Assembly (NCBI GenBank): GCA_008690995.1
Contig: VRMN01000002.1
Location: 2,356,001 to 2,407,698, forward strand
DNA from: Porphyridium purpureum
Lineage: Eukaryota
DNA: 51,698 bases
Direction: 5' to 3'
This document shows, piece by piece, positions 11,231 through 21,774 of the stretch. A program made the translations under genes and the position numbers. Under the pieces are notes generated by a model. That model was not told where the DNA came from. It searched no databases and saw nothing but the letters and a program-made list of their open reading frames with translations. Every line of letters starts with the position of its first letter. The first letter of the stretch is position 1.

Positions 11231-13905
11231 GCGTCCCACACCCTGACGGTGTTGTCGCCGCTGCCGGACGCGATGAACTTGCCGTCGGGCGAAAAGTGCA
11301 CCGCGCGCACCCCGTCTGAGTGCCCCTCCATGGTGCGCACGCACGCGCCGGTGTGCGCGTCCCACACCCTGACGGTGTTGTCGCCGCTGCCGGACGTGAT
11401 GAACTTGCCGTCGGGCGAAAAGTGCACCGCGGTCACCCAATCAGAGTGCCCCTCCATGGTGCGCACGCACGCGCCGGTGTGCGCGTCCCACACCCTGACG
11501 GTGTTGTCGCCGCTGCCGGACGCGATGAACTTGCCGTCGGGCGAAAAGTGCACCGCGCGCACCCCGTCTGAGTGCCCCTCCATGGTGCGCACGCACGCGC
11601 CGGTGTGCGCGTCCCACACCCTGAAGGTGTTGTCGTCGCTGCCGGACGCGATGAACTTGCCGTCGGGCGAAAAGTGCACCGCGGTCACCCAATTAGAGTG
11701 CCCCTCCATGGTGCGCACGCACGCGCCGGTGTGCGCGTCCCACACCCTGACGGTTTTGTCCCAGCTGCCGGACGCGATGAACTTGCCGTCGGGCGAAAAG
11801 TGCACCGCGGTCACCCACTTAGAGTGCCCCTCCATGGTGCGCACGCACGCGCCGGTGTGCGCGTCCCACACCCTGACGGTGTTGTCGCCGCTGCCGGACG
11901 CGATGAACTTGCCGTCGGGCGAAAAGTGCACCGCGCGCACCCCGTCTGAGTGCCCCTCCATGGTGCGCACGCACGCGCCGGTGTGCGCGTCCCACACCCT
12001 GACGGTGTTGTCGCCGCCGCCGGACGCGATGAACTTGCCGTCGGGCGAAAAGTGCACCGCGAGCACCGCCATAGAGAACCGCAAAGAGAACACCGCGGTC
12101 ATCCTCTTAGAGTGCCCGTACATGGTGCGCACGCACGCGCCGGTGTGCGCGTCCCACACCCTGAAGGTGTTGTCGTCGCTGCCGGACGCGATGAACTTGC
12201 CGTCGGGCGAAAAGTGCACCGCGGTCACCCACTTAGAGTGCCCCTCCATGGTGCGCACGCACGCGCCGGTGTGCGCGTCCCACACCCTGACGGTGGTGTC
12301 GCCGTTGCCGGACGCGATGAACTTGCCGTCGGGCGAAAAGTGCACCGCGGACACCCCACCTGAGCGCCCCTCCATGGTGCGCACGCACGCGCCGGTGTGC
12401 GCGTCCCACACCCTGACGGTGTTGTCGCCGCTGCCGGACGCGATGAACTTGCCGTCGGGCGAAAAGTGCACCGCGCGCACCATATTTGAGTGCCCCTCCA
12501 TGGTGCGCACGCACTCGCCGGTGTGCGCGTCCCACACCTTGACGGTGTTGTCGCCGCTGCCGGACGCGATGAACTTGCCGTCGGGCGAAAAGTGCACCGC
12601 GCGCACCATATTTGAGCGCCCCTCCATGGTGCGCACGCACGCGCCGGTGTGCGCGTCCCACACCCTGACGGTGTTGTCGCCGCTGCCGGACGCGATGAAC
12701 TTGCCGTCGGGCGAAAAGTGCACCGCGAGCACCCCGTTTGAGTGCCCCTCCATGGTGCGCACGCACGCGCCGGTGTGCGCGTCCCACACCCTGACGGTGT
12801 TGTCGCCGCTGCCGGACGCGATGAACTTGCCGTCGGGCGAAAAGTGCACCGCGGTCACCCTACTTGAGTGCCCCTCCATGGTGCGCACGCACGCGCCGGT
12901 GTGCGCGTCCCACACCCTGACGGTGTTGTCCCAGCTGCCGGACGCGATGAACTTGCCGTCGGGCGAAAAGTGCACCGCGCACACCCCGTCTGAGTGCCCC
13001 TCCATGGTGCGCACGCACGCGCCGGTGTGCGCGTCCCACACCCTGACGGTGTTGTCGCCGCTGCCGGACGCGATGAACTTGCCGTCGGGCGAAAAGTGCA
13101 CCGCGCGCACCATATTTGAGTGCCCCTCCATGGTGCGCACGCACTCGCCGGTGTGCGCGTCCCACACCTTGACGGTGTTGTCGCCGCTGCCGGACGCGAT
13201 GAACTTGCCGTCGGGCGAAAAGTGCACCGCGCGCACCATATTTGAGCGCCCCTCCATGGTGCGCACGCACGCGCCGGTGTGCGCGTCCCACACCCTGACG
13301 GTGTTGTCGCCGCTGCCGGACGCGATGAACTTGCCGTCGGGCGAAAAGTGCACCGCGCGCACCCCGTTTGAGTGCCCCTCCATGGTGCGCACGCACGCGC
13401 CGGTGTGCGCGTCCCACACCCTGACGGTTTTGTCCCAGCTGCCGGACGCGATGAACTTGCCGTCGGGCGAAAAGTGCACCGCGCGCACCCAATCAGAGTG
13501 CCCCTCCATGGTGCGCACGCACGCGCCGGTGTGCGCGTCCCACACCCTGACGGTTTTGTCCCAGCTGCCGGACGCGATGAACTTGCCGTCGGGCGAAAAG
13601 TGCACCGCGGTCACCCACTTAGAGTGCCCCTCCATGGTGCGCACGCACGCGCCGGTGTGCGTGTCCCACACCCTGACGGTGGTGTCGCCGTTGCCGGACG
13701 CGATGAACTTGCCGTCGGGCGAAAAGTGCACCGCGAGCACCCCGTCTGAGTGCCCCTCCATGGTGCGCACGCACGCGCCGGTGTGCGCGTCCCACACCCT
13801 GACGGTGTTGTCGCCGCCGCCGGACGCGATGAACTTGCCGTCGGGCGAAAAGTGCACCGCGGTCACCCCGTCTGAGTGCCCCTCCATGGTCATAATCGGG
13901 GCCAT
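11143..13905 (-). CDS. WD40 protein with 21 near-identical repeats (HET-E/HNWD-type repeat consensus); no NACHT domain in the window
   Basis: 21 copies of MEGHSxxVxAVHFSPDGKFIASGxxDxTVRVWDAHTGACVRT; open frame throughout; start codon uncertain. Confidence 0.88.
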   Translation of the reverse strand: MAPIMTMEGHSDGVTAVHFSPDGKFIASGGGDNTVRVWDAHTGACVRTMEGHSDGVLAVHFSPDGKFIASGNGDTTVRVWDTHTGACVRTMEGHSKWVTAVHFSPDGKFIASGSWDKTVRVWDAHTGACVRTMEGHSDWVRAVHFSPDGKFIASGSWDKTVRVWDAHTGACVRTMEGHSNGVRAVHFSPDGKFIASGSGDNTVRVWDAHTGACVRTMEGRSNMVRAVHFSPDGKFIASGSGDNTVKVWDAHTGECVRTMEGHSNMVRAVHFSPDGKFIASGSGDNTVRVWDAHTGACVRTMEGHSDGVCAVHFSPDGKFIASGSWDNTVRVWDAHTGACVRTMEGHSSRVTAVHFSPDGKFIASGSGDNTVRVWDAHTGACVRTMEGHSNGVLAVHFSPDGKFIASGSGDNTVRVWDAHTGACVRTMEGRSNMVRAVHFSPDGKFIASGSGDNTVKVWDAHTGECVRTMEGHSNMVRAVHFSPDGKFIASGSGDNTVRVWDAHTGACVRTMEGRSGGVSAVHFSPDGKFIASGNGDTTVRVWDAHTGACVRTMEGHSKWVTAVHFSPDGKFIASGSDDNTFRVWDAHTGACVRTMYGHSKRMTAVFSLRFSMAVLAVHFSPDGKFIASGGGDNTVRVWDAHTGACVRTMEGHSDGVRAVHFSPDGKFIASGSGDNTVRVWDAHTGACVRTMEGHSKWVTAVHFSPDGKFIASGSWDKTVRVWDAHTGACVRTMEGHSNWVTAVHFSPDGKFIASGSDDNTFRVWDAHTGACVRTMEGHSDGVRAVHFSPDGKFIASGSGDNTVRVWDAHTGACVRTMEGHSDWVTAVHFSPDGKFITSGSGDNTVRVWDAHTGACVRTMEGHSDGVRAVHFSPDGKFIASGSGDNTVRVWDAHEALGHFANMRLSTLVLDRMWQLAAGGH
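11230..13890 (-). repeat. 126-bp tandem repeat array encoding WD40; one unit has an in-frame 36-bp insertion (~12060-12100)
   Basis: Direct periodicity of gacgcgatgaacttgccgtcgggcgaaaagtgcacc. Confidence 0.97.
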
Positions 13906-14172
13906 CGCGCATGCTGCTCCATGTCCCACTGCATCCGTCCGCACCGCACGTTTCTTTCTTTCTCCCCCAGCCCCGCCTCTCCCCTCTAATTTCCCGCGTG
14001 CGGCTTTTTTAATATCGCGGCAAGCCGCGAATCCACGTGTGCTTTATGATTTCGTGCCGCACTGCGCCGTGTCGCATGTGCAAACGCCCCCGGAAACCGC
14101 GCACCTTGGCCGTTGTGCGAAATTGTGCCCGTTTTGGCGGCGTGCGATACAGTAGCGTGGAAAAGTACAATT

Positions 14173-14492
14173 CTTTAAATTCTCGCACGCTTGATGATGA
14201 CAAGCGCACGAACCCGGATGACACAACCTTTCGCAGATGACCGAACCCCAGCAACACGACGCACACAGCACAGAGAACACAACCACACGACGCACACAAC
14301 ACAGACGACGAATACCCGGGGCGTGGAAAATCCAACGTATAGGGCCTCTACTATTGCCCTTCGCGTCGGCACAGACAGCACCGGTCTCGACAGGGGCAGG
14401 GTGTCGTAACGGACAAAGCCGCCGTCTGCCTTCAGTGCTCTAAGAGCACCGAAACCCCCCAGACGCGATGTGCTGCTGGCTCTGCTACACAG
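14173..14492 (-). mobile_element. Truncated 3' LTR end of a family-C LTR retrotransposon, inverted
   Basis: Reverse complement of ~30135-30454. It ends at the LTR terminus (..AATTTAAAG) with no PBS, and breaks at AGGGTTA. Confidence 0.92.
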
Positions 14493-15587
14493 GGTTATAT
14501 AGGCGAAAAATACCTGCAGCGAGAAATTTTAGCCTTGAACGGTAGGGTAACGTGACTTAAAATCATAAAACAAGGTTACTTTACTATGGAATGCCGCTGT
14601 TGTGGGGGTACGCTGCGGAACCCTAAAGTTAATGTAAGCGCGTCCGCAAAACAGGTGCGTTTTGCTAAATGAAATTCGGTTACTATGAAAAAAAATTACT
14701 TTACTAGAGCTGATTTTACTATTCAAACGCACGTATTTAGAGGCTTTGTGCCCATTTCAATGTCATCCTCAGCAAAGTAATTTGTATTGCATAGACATCA
14801 CAAATTGTAATGCATTGCAGCGTCATCCCATGTGAAGGACACGGGACTATATGAGAATGACACTGTTTGATGATTTAAATAAGCATAGAAGGATAGGCTA
14901 TAATTATGATCATGCCGGCGGCGAAGGAGGGGAGGTCGACGCGAAGGGGAAGAAGGTTGGATCCGGATGGTTGTCGAGCGCGGGCGGGCGCGGGCGAGCG
15001 CGGTGGGCGCGCGGGCGGGCGGCGCAGTGGGCGCGGCGGGCGGGCGCAGGCGGCGCGGGCGCGGCGGGCGCGGCGGCGGGCGCTGTTCGGCGCGGGCGCG
15101 GTGGGGTGCGGGCACGGGCGGGCGGCAGTGCGCGAGTGGCGCGGCGGTGGTAGCCGGGCAGAAGTGGCGCGGCGTGCGTGAGAATGTTGGATAGGCACTG
15201 GGCAGTGCTTCACACGAGCGGCACGAGGACGGCGCACAGGCGCGCGATCCGTTTCAACAGCTGTGTGCATTGCGCACTTGCGAGCTGAACCTAACCAACA
15301 TGCTCGAATGCGTCAAGGCAAGGATGCTGGCGAATGTGAGCGGGATGCTTTTGAGTGGTAAGCCGGGCACTGGTTTGGGCATGGATGTGTTGCGTGAGGG
15401 CGCAGTATGCATGCGCTGGCGTGAGAATGGAGTGCGTGATTGAATGCCACGAAGCGTGCCATGGATGATGTTTTCATTGCTGCCGTCTCGTTACGAGCGA
15501 CTGCTCGCTTGCGCGATTCTCAAGCGACAGAGGTGGGTTGCGTTTTGGGCGGCCGGGCTATGACAACACCTTTGATGATCGAACGAT

Positions 15588-15711
15588 GCTGGGCTCGCTG
15601 TGCTGGGCTCGCTGTGCTGGGCTCGCTGTGCTGGGCTCGCTGTGCTGGGCTCGCTGTACTGAGCTCGCTGTGCTGGGCTCGCTGTGTGGGCTCGCTGTGT
15701 GGGCTCGCTGT
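15588..15711 (+). repeat. 14-bp minisatellite (GCTGGGCTCGCTGT)n; also at 36824-36933 with one fewer unit
   Basis: Direct tandem repeat. Confidence 0.93.
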
Positions 15712-16721
15712 TCGTTGCGTCCCGTCAGGCAGTGAGCTTCAGGGCACGCGTACTGTTGCACACGAGGCGGCTGCGCACAACAAGCTGGTGCGTTCATCGG
15801 GCGCGGTGCGCGGCTTGCAAAGAGCGTGGGCTAACGTTGGATGTTGCGGTGCGCGCACCTTTCAAGGCAGAAAGAGATGGATTGCATTTTTGGCCGCCGG
15901 GCTGGGCGACACTTTTGATGGCTGCGCGGTACGGGCTCGCTACGCCCTGTGCGCGTTGTGGACCAGCAAACTGTGGCAACACCTTTCCTTTTCGCGAGAT
16001 ATGGGCTCGCTGTGCACTGTGGCTTGCGTGCCGTTAAGCGCCAAGCTTTAGCGTGAGTGCATTGGTGAAAAAGAGGCGGCGTTGTGCGTCGATCTTGCTC
16101 GTTCGTTGTCCGCGGGGCGCACACGACGCAAAGAACGTGGGCAGTGGTTGAATGTCGCGATGCGCGTCGACGCCAAGCCTGCGCACTAAGACCGCGCGCA
16201 GCCGGAGAACGTAGGCGACGTAGCCTGAATCCGCATCTCGGCGTGACCGGTGCAACAGTGCCAGTTTCGTTATGCTGTGTCTTGCCAGATCGCAATGGCG
16301 CTGGCGCGATCTTGCACGTGTGCGCTCGTGAATGGGCTGCCGCGATTGTTGGTGGGACGTCGGCTCTGGAGTTGCGCAGACAAACGGCAGCCGAGGGCTG
16401 GCGCGAAAAATGGGGCGCCGATGGGGTGGTGCGGAAATCGTGGCGGTGACGGGCTGGTGAAAAGATCATGGCTGCGGCGATCGCGTCGCTACGCGCATGC
16501 CACACTGTTATATGTGTGCGATCAGCTCTGGCGCCGCTTCTCGCGAAACTTCGAGCTACTGCTGAAAGCATGTTACGAAAATAAAATACAACGTAGCCAA
16601 GAAAACTTGAGCCAGCGCTTTGCAGCAGACTCAAGACATACCCTTGAAAGACACGGACTTGCCATGTGTCATGCACAACTTTTCGAAGGCAAAGTGTGAG
16701 AATTGTGAGCGCGGGGAATGT

Positions 16722-16810
16722 ACTGAACACTACCGAAGACCACAGAACACTATAGGAGACCACAGAACACTACGAAAAGCCGCTGGACACTACCGAAGAC
16801 CACAGAACAC
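16722..16810 (+). repeat. 20-bp satellite (GACCACAGAACACTACAGGA family), segment left of element A
   Basis: Tandem units, continued at 22572. Confidence 0.9.
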
Positions 16811-17594
16811 CTTGGAATTTCTCCCTTTCTGCTTTGTAACCGAATCAACAAAACCGGATCGCTTCACCGATAACAGGAACTGGAAACCGCCACACCCCGG
16901 AAACTGACAAACCGACGACGAACCGACACACCGAAACGAACGGAAGGACAAGCAGGACAATCAGAGAAAAGTGGCTAGAAAGGAAGAGAGGACAGAAAAT
17001 TCAACTTATAGGGGACTACGAGAGGGAGTGGACCGGTCTTGACAAGTGAAGGGTGATGGAAGGTACGTTTAAACCCCAGCTGCCTTTTTAAAAACACTCC
17101 AGACCGATATCCGCTCGCACAACACGCTAGCGTGCCTCTCCCGCAAATCCAACCCAAGTCTTCCAACGACTGCCTCAATCCAACTAACCAATTCTCTTTT
17201 TATTCTATTTGCCCTTACCTCTTCTTCTACCTTGACCTGGAAATTCCTGGGAACCAGCTTGCCCCTTCGTCCTTTTATACCCTTCGTCCTTGCTCTTTCC
17301 AGCAAGGACGGGAGAACAAATTTCTCCAACAGGACGAATTTCCACCACAGGTTTTGATTCGTTCCACAACTCGCAACCACAGCCGGCCACGTATCCGAAA
17401 AATGGCCGGGAAGGCGCGTCAAGAACGAATCCAGAAGCTTCGGCCGGCCTTTGACCTTTGCACAAGGTCACACAAAACGACAATGACAAACATTTCGCAG
17501 GTCCGAGATCATCACGCTTCTCGAACAATCTTTCATCATAGAACTTTCTAGGGTTTTGTACTCAAAACCCTACGGCGTCTCTCGGGGCGGAACC

Positions 17595-20500
17595 CTAAAA
17601 TTCCACGCTCCTCCTTCCGGTCTGAGGGACGCGTAACTTCTCCCAGCACTTAATGTGGCCCTCCGGAAATAAGGCCTTGGTCATTAAGTCCGCCACATTT
17701 TCGTCCGTCTTCACAAATGCCAGTTTCACAAGTTTCTGCTTTTCGCACACCTGATGCAACCAGGCCAAATCTGTTGCTCGGGTTATCGCCATATGATGCA
17801 ACTTTGGCGAGTACCCCATCTCTATTGCTCGCATCACAGCTTGATTGTCACACATCAAAATCACCGAGAACTCTCCGTCACGTATACTTCGCAAGAAAGA
17901 CAATGCAGGAAACAACGAGAGTTGCACAGTTTCCTCTAGGGCAGCCAACTCCGACTCTGAAGTCGACGAGCTCACGAAACGCTGCTTTCTCGAAGACCAA
18001 TCCACTAGGTACTTGTAATCTCCAGCAACTAAGTACGTTGCTCTTCCAGAAGTCGACACACGACTCTCTGGACAACCAGCAAAGTCAGCATCCGTGTATC
18101 CAAGAATGTTCACCCCTCTGATGCCTTCCTTGAGATTCCCCAACACGTGATACTCCAATGCTTCCCGAGGTGTTTTCAAATACTGCACGACTCGTACGAG
18201 CAGCCTTTCTGCTGCCACATTCCACTTGTCAACGTACCGGGCAATCATACCGACTGCATACGCAATATCAGGTCGAACCGTTCTGGCGAGCCACATCAGC
18301 CTCCCGACGTGTTCTCTTACTTTCAAAGTCTTCCAGATGACTTGATAATTCAGAACTTCCTCGCCATCTAGCTTCTCAGATGGTGACTTCACGGCACGCA
18401 ATACGCGTCTAATATCCTGCTCAAATTCCCGAATGACCACATCTTGATACTCTTGATTCGCCAAACTCACGCTCCCATTTTTGAGGGAAATGCTCGTCCC
18501 CAGGAATCTCAAGGATCCTCCTTCCGTCAATAGTTCTGGTGCTTTTTCTATGAGAAACTCTTGTTTCAATTCTTCGATGATTCCTGGGCGTTCCTCCTCT
18601 CGACAGGCTAATAGACCATCATCCACGTACAGAGCCAACAACGCAACTGACGAACTTGCAGCATTTCTCCGGACGTACACATTCTTTTCACCATGCACGA
18701 GCTTCCACTGGAACTTTTGCAATCTCCTCCGAGCATCTTGTGAGAAATCCGAGCCGCTCCTGGGCAAGCCATACAGCGCCTTTCTCAGCCTGACTACTGT
18801 GTCTTTTGAATCACAAATTTCACGCGGTAAGTATGCAAACGTAGGTGGCCCAGACAGGTCCGCATGGAGGTATGCCGAGCTGATGTCGAAACTAACAATC
18901 TGAAGGCCCAGAATTGCAGCCACAGCTATTATCATTCGGATAGCTGACAAACCAGCAGGCGTCTCATAATCAAAAATGTCATTCGTCGCAGCTCCATCGG
19001 ACCCCCATATCCTGTTTCCCCCGGCCACCAAGCGGCACTTCACCTTGCGAAATTCTTCCGGCATCTCAGCAAATTTCAGACCGAAAATGAAATGTGTGCG
19101 TACGAAACGAGCACCAGGTTGCCTCCGGGCCTCCTCCAGCGTCAAGGGATTCTCATCCCATACCCCAAATCTCAGCATGGATTTGACTTCTTTTTCCATC
19201 GCGGCTCGTCCTTGCTCAGACGCTAACGCCGCTCCAGTTTTCAGCAAAGTCGTTAAGTTCAACTGTGGGATCGTCACTGGACCACCCGTGCCTGCTGCCC
19301 GTTCCTCGTCAACCACTCTCACTTTCAATGCCTCGATCTCTTTCTCAAGCTCCGCTTCTCGAGCTCTGAGAGCATCGATACGACGATCCAAGTCCTGCAC
19401 CGCTTCAACCGCGGATGGTTCGTCCACTTCTGGCAACTCTTCCTGCTGGCTCAGGCTCACCATCTCTCGTTCAATTCCCTTTAAAGGGAACTCATGGGTA
19501 AATGCCTTAAAATCCTGAGTGCGAATTACTTTTGGGGTCTCACTCGTCCAGTCATCCCGAGGAAGCACCAAAATTGCCATCGGATGCTCTCCAACGCCGA
19601 CGAGAATGCCAACTTTTCCTCGCGGTGCATACTTATTGTCAGGCTGATCATCTTTGTAGACCACCTTGCACCCGAATGGCAAACTAAGATTTCTCGGCGA
19701 CCATTTTTCACCACGTCGTAATTCAAACGGCGTCTTTCCAGACTTCCTGCCCACGTGAAGTCTATTCGTCATGAACGCAAAATGCTGCGCGGCGTGCATG
19801 AACCAACGCTTCCCGAGTCCGGCCTGCACAAGATTCGCACGGATTCCCTGATTCAGCGTGTGGTGAAACCGCTCCTGTTCAGCATGACTGTTTGGCCTGT
19901 ACGGAATCCCCACCTCGTGCTTTATGAGGTGTTCACGCACCAGTCTCCCCACATCTCCCTTGAACTCATTCCCATCATCCGTTCGCAAAACCTTCGGCCA
20001 TCCTCTCCCGGCTTGCACACTTTTCCAAGCGTCCGCAACCGCCGTGTGGGTTTTCGCACGTAGCCCCGCCAATGTCACCCATCCTGTGGCTCTGTCGATA
20101 TGCGTCAAAATAAACTTTGAACCATCTACCGACTTCACATTTCGCCCAGGCTCCACCAAGTCAATTCCGACTTCATCATTGAATGACAATGCACTGACAT
20201 CTTTCTCCAGCCTTCGGGCCGGGCGTCGCTTTATCTTCGCCACGACACACGTCTCACAGTCTCTTTGCATAGGCATGTGAGTCAACTCGTGTTCCGAAGC
20301 AGCCACGCTCTGATTTTTCCCGTCAAGCTCGGGAACCACTTCTTCAACATTTTCCAACGTGCATATTTCCTTCCCCTCGGGCCTCGTTTCCATCAGTCCC
20401 TTCTGCCAATCAATCTTAGGATTCACCATCTTGAGCCATTTCCACCCTAAGATGGCATCCATACGAATGGGACCGATATAAAACTCGACGTTCCCTATCC

Positions 20501-20801
20501 AGAAACCGAGGTCCACCGCAAGCACAATGGGGCCGTGCACCTTCATTCTCTGTCCTCCCGCAAGCTCGACCATGCATTCATCGCAACTGGACTTTACGCT
20601 TGCGTCCAAGAATCGGGACCCCAGGAAATTATGCGACGCTCCACTGTCAATCAAGAAGTCGATTTTTGAACCACTCACTTTCCCATGTTTGTAGAAGAGC
20701 CTTGACCTCGCACCCTCGTGCGCAACACCTTCCACAACACCCATTACAGGAGGCTCCATTCCCCTCGAGATCTCCTCCTGTCTTGGCTCTCGAGGTCTTA
20801 G
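17595..20801 (-). CDS. pol: Element A Pol: protease, integrase, coiled coil, RT (RVT_2-type), RNase H; entered by -1 frameshift
   Basis: FLIDSGASHNF; HELTH..CETC; GIDLV..LRTDDGNEF..HAEQERF; FDISSAYL, KALYGL, LYVDD; YTDADFAG, WSSRKQ, NVADLMTK. Confidence 0.95.
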   Translation of the reverse strand, partial: LRPREPRQEEISRGMEPPVMGVVEGVAHEGARSRLFYKHGKVSGSKIDFLIDSGASHNFLGSRFLDASVKSSCDECMVELAGGQRMKVHGPIVLAVDLGFWIGNVEFYIGPIRMDAILGWKWLKMVNPKIDWQKGLMETRPEGKEICTLENVEEVVPELDGKNQSVAASEHELTHMPMQRDCETCVVAKIKRRPARRLEKDVSALSFNDEVGIDLVEPGRNVKSVDGSKFILTHIDRATGWVTLAGLRAKTHTAVADAWKSVQAGRGWPKVLRTDDGNEFKGDVGRLVREHLIKHEVGIPYRPNSHAEQERFHHTLNQGIRANLVQAGLGKRWFMHAAQHFAFMTNRLHVGRKSGKTPFELRRGEKWSPRNLSLPFGCKVVYKDDQPDNKYAPRGKVGILVGVGEHPMAILVLPRDDWTSETPKVIRTQDFKAFTHEFPLKGIEREMVSLSQQEELPEVDEPSAVEAVQDLDRRIDALRAREAELEKEIEALKVRVVDEERAAGTGGPVTIPQLNLTTLLKTGAALASEQGRAAMEKEVKSMLRFGVWDENPLTLEEARRQPGARFVRTHFIFGLKFAEMPEEFRKVKCRLVAGGNRIWGSDGAATNDIFDYETPAGLSAIRMIIAVAAILGLQIVSFDISSAYLHADLSGPPTFAYLPREICDSKDTVVRLRKALYGLPRSGSDFSQDARRRLQKFQWKLVHGEKNVYVRRNAASSSVALLALYVDDGLLACREEERPGIIEELKQEFLIEKAPELLTEGGSLRFLGTSISLKNGSVSLANQEYQDVVIREFEQDIRRVLRAVKSPSEKLDGEEVLNYQVIWKTLKVREHVGRLMWLARTVRPDIAYAVGMIARYVDKWNVAAERLLVRVVQYLKTPREALEYHVLGNLKEGIRGVNILGYTDADFAGCPESRVSTSGRATYLVAGDYKYLVDWSSRKQRFVSSSTSESELAALEETVQLSLFPALSFLRSIRDGEFSVILMCDNQAVMRAIEMGYSPKLHHMAITRATDLAWLHQVCEKQKLVKLAFVKTDENVADLMTKALFPEGHIKCWEKLRVPQTGRRSVEF

Positions 20802-20807
20802 TTTTCC
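20746..20807 (-). promoter_or_regulatory. -1 ribosomal frameshift signal of A: G_GAA_AAC + H-type pseudoknot
   Basis: Heptamer directly before the gag stop; stem 1 CCTCGAGA/TCTCGAGG, stem 2 ACAGGAGG/CCTCCTGT; pol is in the -1 frame. Confidence 0.85.
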
Positions 20808-21745
20808 GGCTCTGGCGGACCACCTGCCAAGCGCTCCTTCAATTTAGGGCATTTGGGCTTAATGTGTCCACGTTCTCCACAATGGTAACACTTCACTTTG
20901 GTCTTGCCAGACTTCCGCTTGTCCATGGCTCCCAAATCCATTGGTGCGCTACCAGAATGCGACGAGAACGCCCTGCTATGAGTCGATGACGAGTTCTTGA
21001 TCACTTGACTCATATCTCCTCCGAACTTTGCAACCTGCTCAGCTGCCAACGCAACTTTCAGTGATTCTTCCAAGGTCCTTGTGTCCTGACGGGCCACCTC
21101 AATACGCAGTTTCTCCTTCAAGCCCAGCGTGAAGATGGTGTTCAGTTCTGCATCTGTCACATCTTCAACTGACAACGCTGTCATCCTGAGATTCTGCTCA
21201 AATTCTGCGACCGTCATTTTCCCTTGCTTCAACTGATACAGATTGGTGCGCGCTGTCAAATGCGCCTGCGGCGGCTCAAACGCTGTGCGCACGAAGTTTG
21301 CGAACGCATCCCATCCGGCCTCTGCAAGGCCCTTTCTCTGCTCCTCCGGACGAGCTGCCCAAAGCAGCGCTGCGTCCCTCTCGAAAAAGCGACTTGCAAC
21401 AATCACTTTCTGCGAGTCCAAAGCATCTGCGGGCATGCAGATATCCAGGTCGCTCTTCATTCGCATCAGCCATTCATTGACAACGAGCTTGTCACGCTGA
21501 CCATCAAACTTTCTCAAACTGCGCCCAATTAACGCGGCCATGGCACGATCGTTGTCACCAGACCCAGACGCCACGGTCTGCTGGCGCAACAAAACTTGCA
21601 TCATTTCATGGAGGTTACGATTCGCTTCCTGCACTTGTGCCATCATCATCTCCTGTCCCGCAATGCGCGCATGCAGCTGATTAGCTGCCTCAATCCATGC
21701 CGCATTCTCCTGCGGGACATTCATTTCCATTTCATGGCTTTCCAT
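20798..21745 (-). CDS. gag: Element A Gag with CCHC zinc knuckle
   Basis: LYQLKQGKMTVAEF, FTLGLK, APMDLG, CYHCGERGHIKPKC. Confidence 0.93.
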   Translation of the reverse strand: MESHEMEMNVPQENAAWIEAANQLHARIAGQEMMMAQVQEANRNLHEMMQVLLRQQTVASGSGDNDRAMAALIGRSLRKFDGQRDKLVVNEWLMRMKSDLDICMPADALDSQKVIVASRFFERDAALLWAARPEEQRKGLAEAGWDAFANFVRTAFEPPQAHLTARTNLYQLKQGKMTVAEFEQNLRMTALSVEDVTDAELNTIFTLGLKEKLRIEVARQDTRTLEESLKVALAAEQVAKFGGDMSQVIKNSSSTHSRAFSSHSGSAPMDLGAMDKRKSGKTKVKCYHCGERGHIKPKCPKLKERLAGGPPEPEN

Positions 21746-21762
21746 TCTCTCCAAACAACCGG

Positions 21763-21774
21763 GCGATGATACCA
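21763..21774 (-). promoter_or_regulatory. Primer-binding site TGGTATCATCGC (probably tRNA-iMet); identical at 30455-30466 and 39102-39113 (+)
   Basis: TGGTATCA immediately after the 5' LTR in A and C. Confidence 0.85.

Larger units (their letters stand above)
14491..16810. repeat. Subtelomeric block type I, copy 1 (AT-rich module, G-rich tract, 14-bp minisatellite, terminal 20-bp satellite)
   Basis: Near-identical to 35731-~38020; starts agggttatataggcgaaaaatacc. Confidence 0.93.

Noticed and set aside
11230..13890. Diversity-generating retroelement behind the WD40 variation
   Set aside because: No template/variable repeat pair or adenine-specific pattern; the RTs present are LTR and non-LTR types.
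11003..14155. 1050-aa ORF on the + strand
   Set aside because: Antisense shadow of the WD40 repeat array; the - strand frame has the true WD40 consensus.
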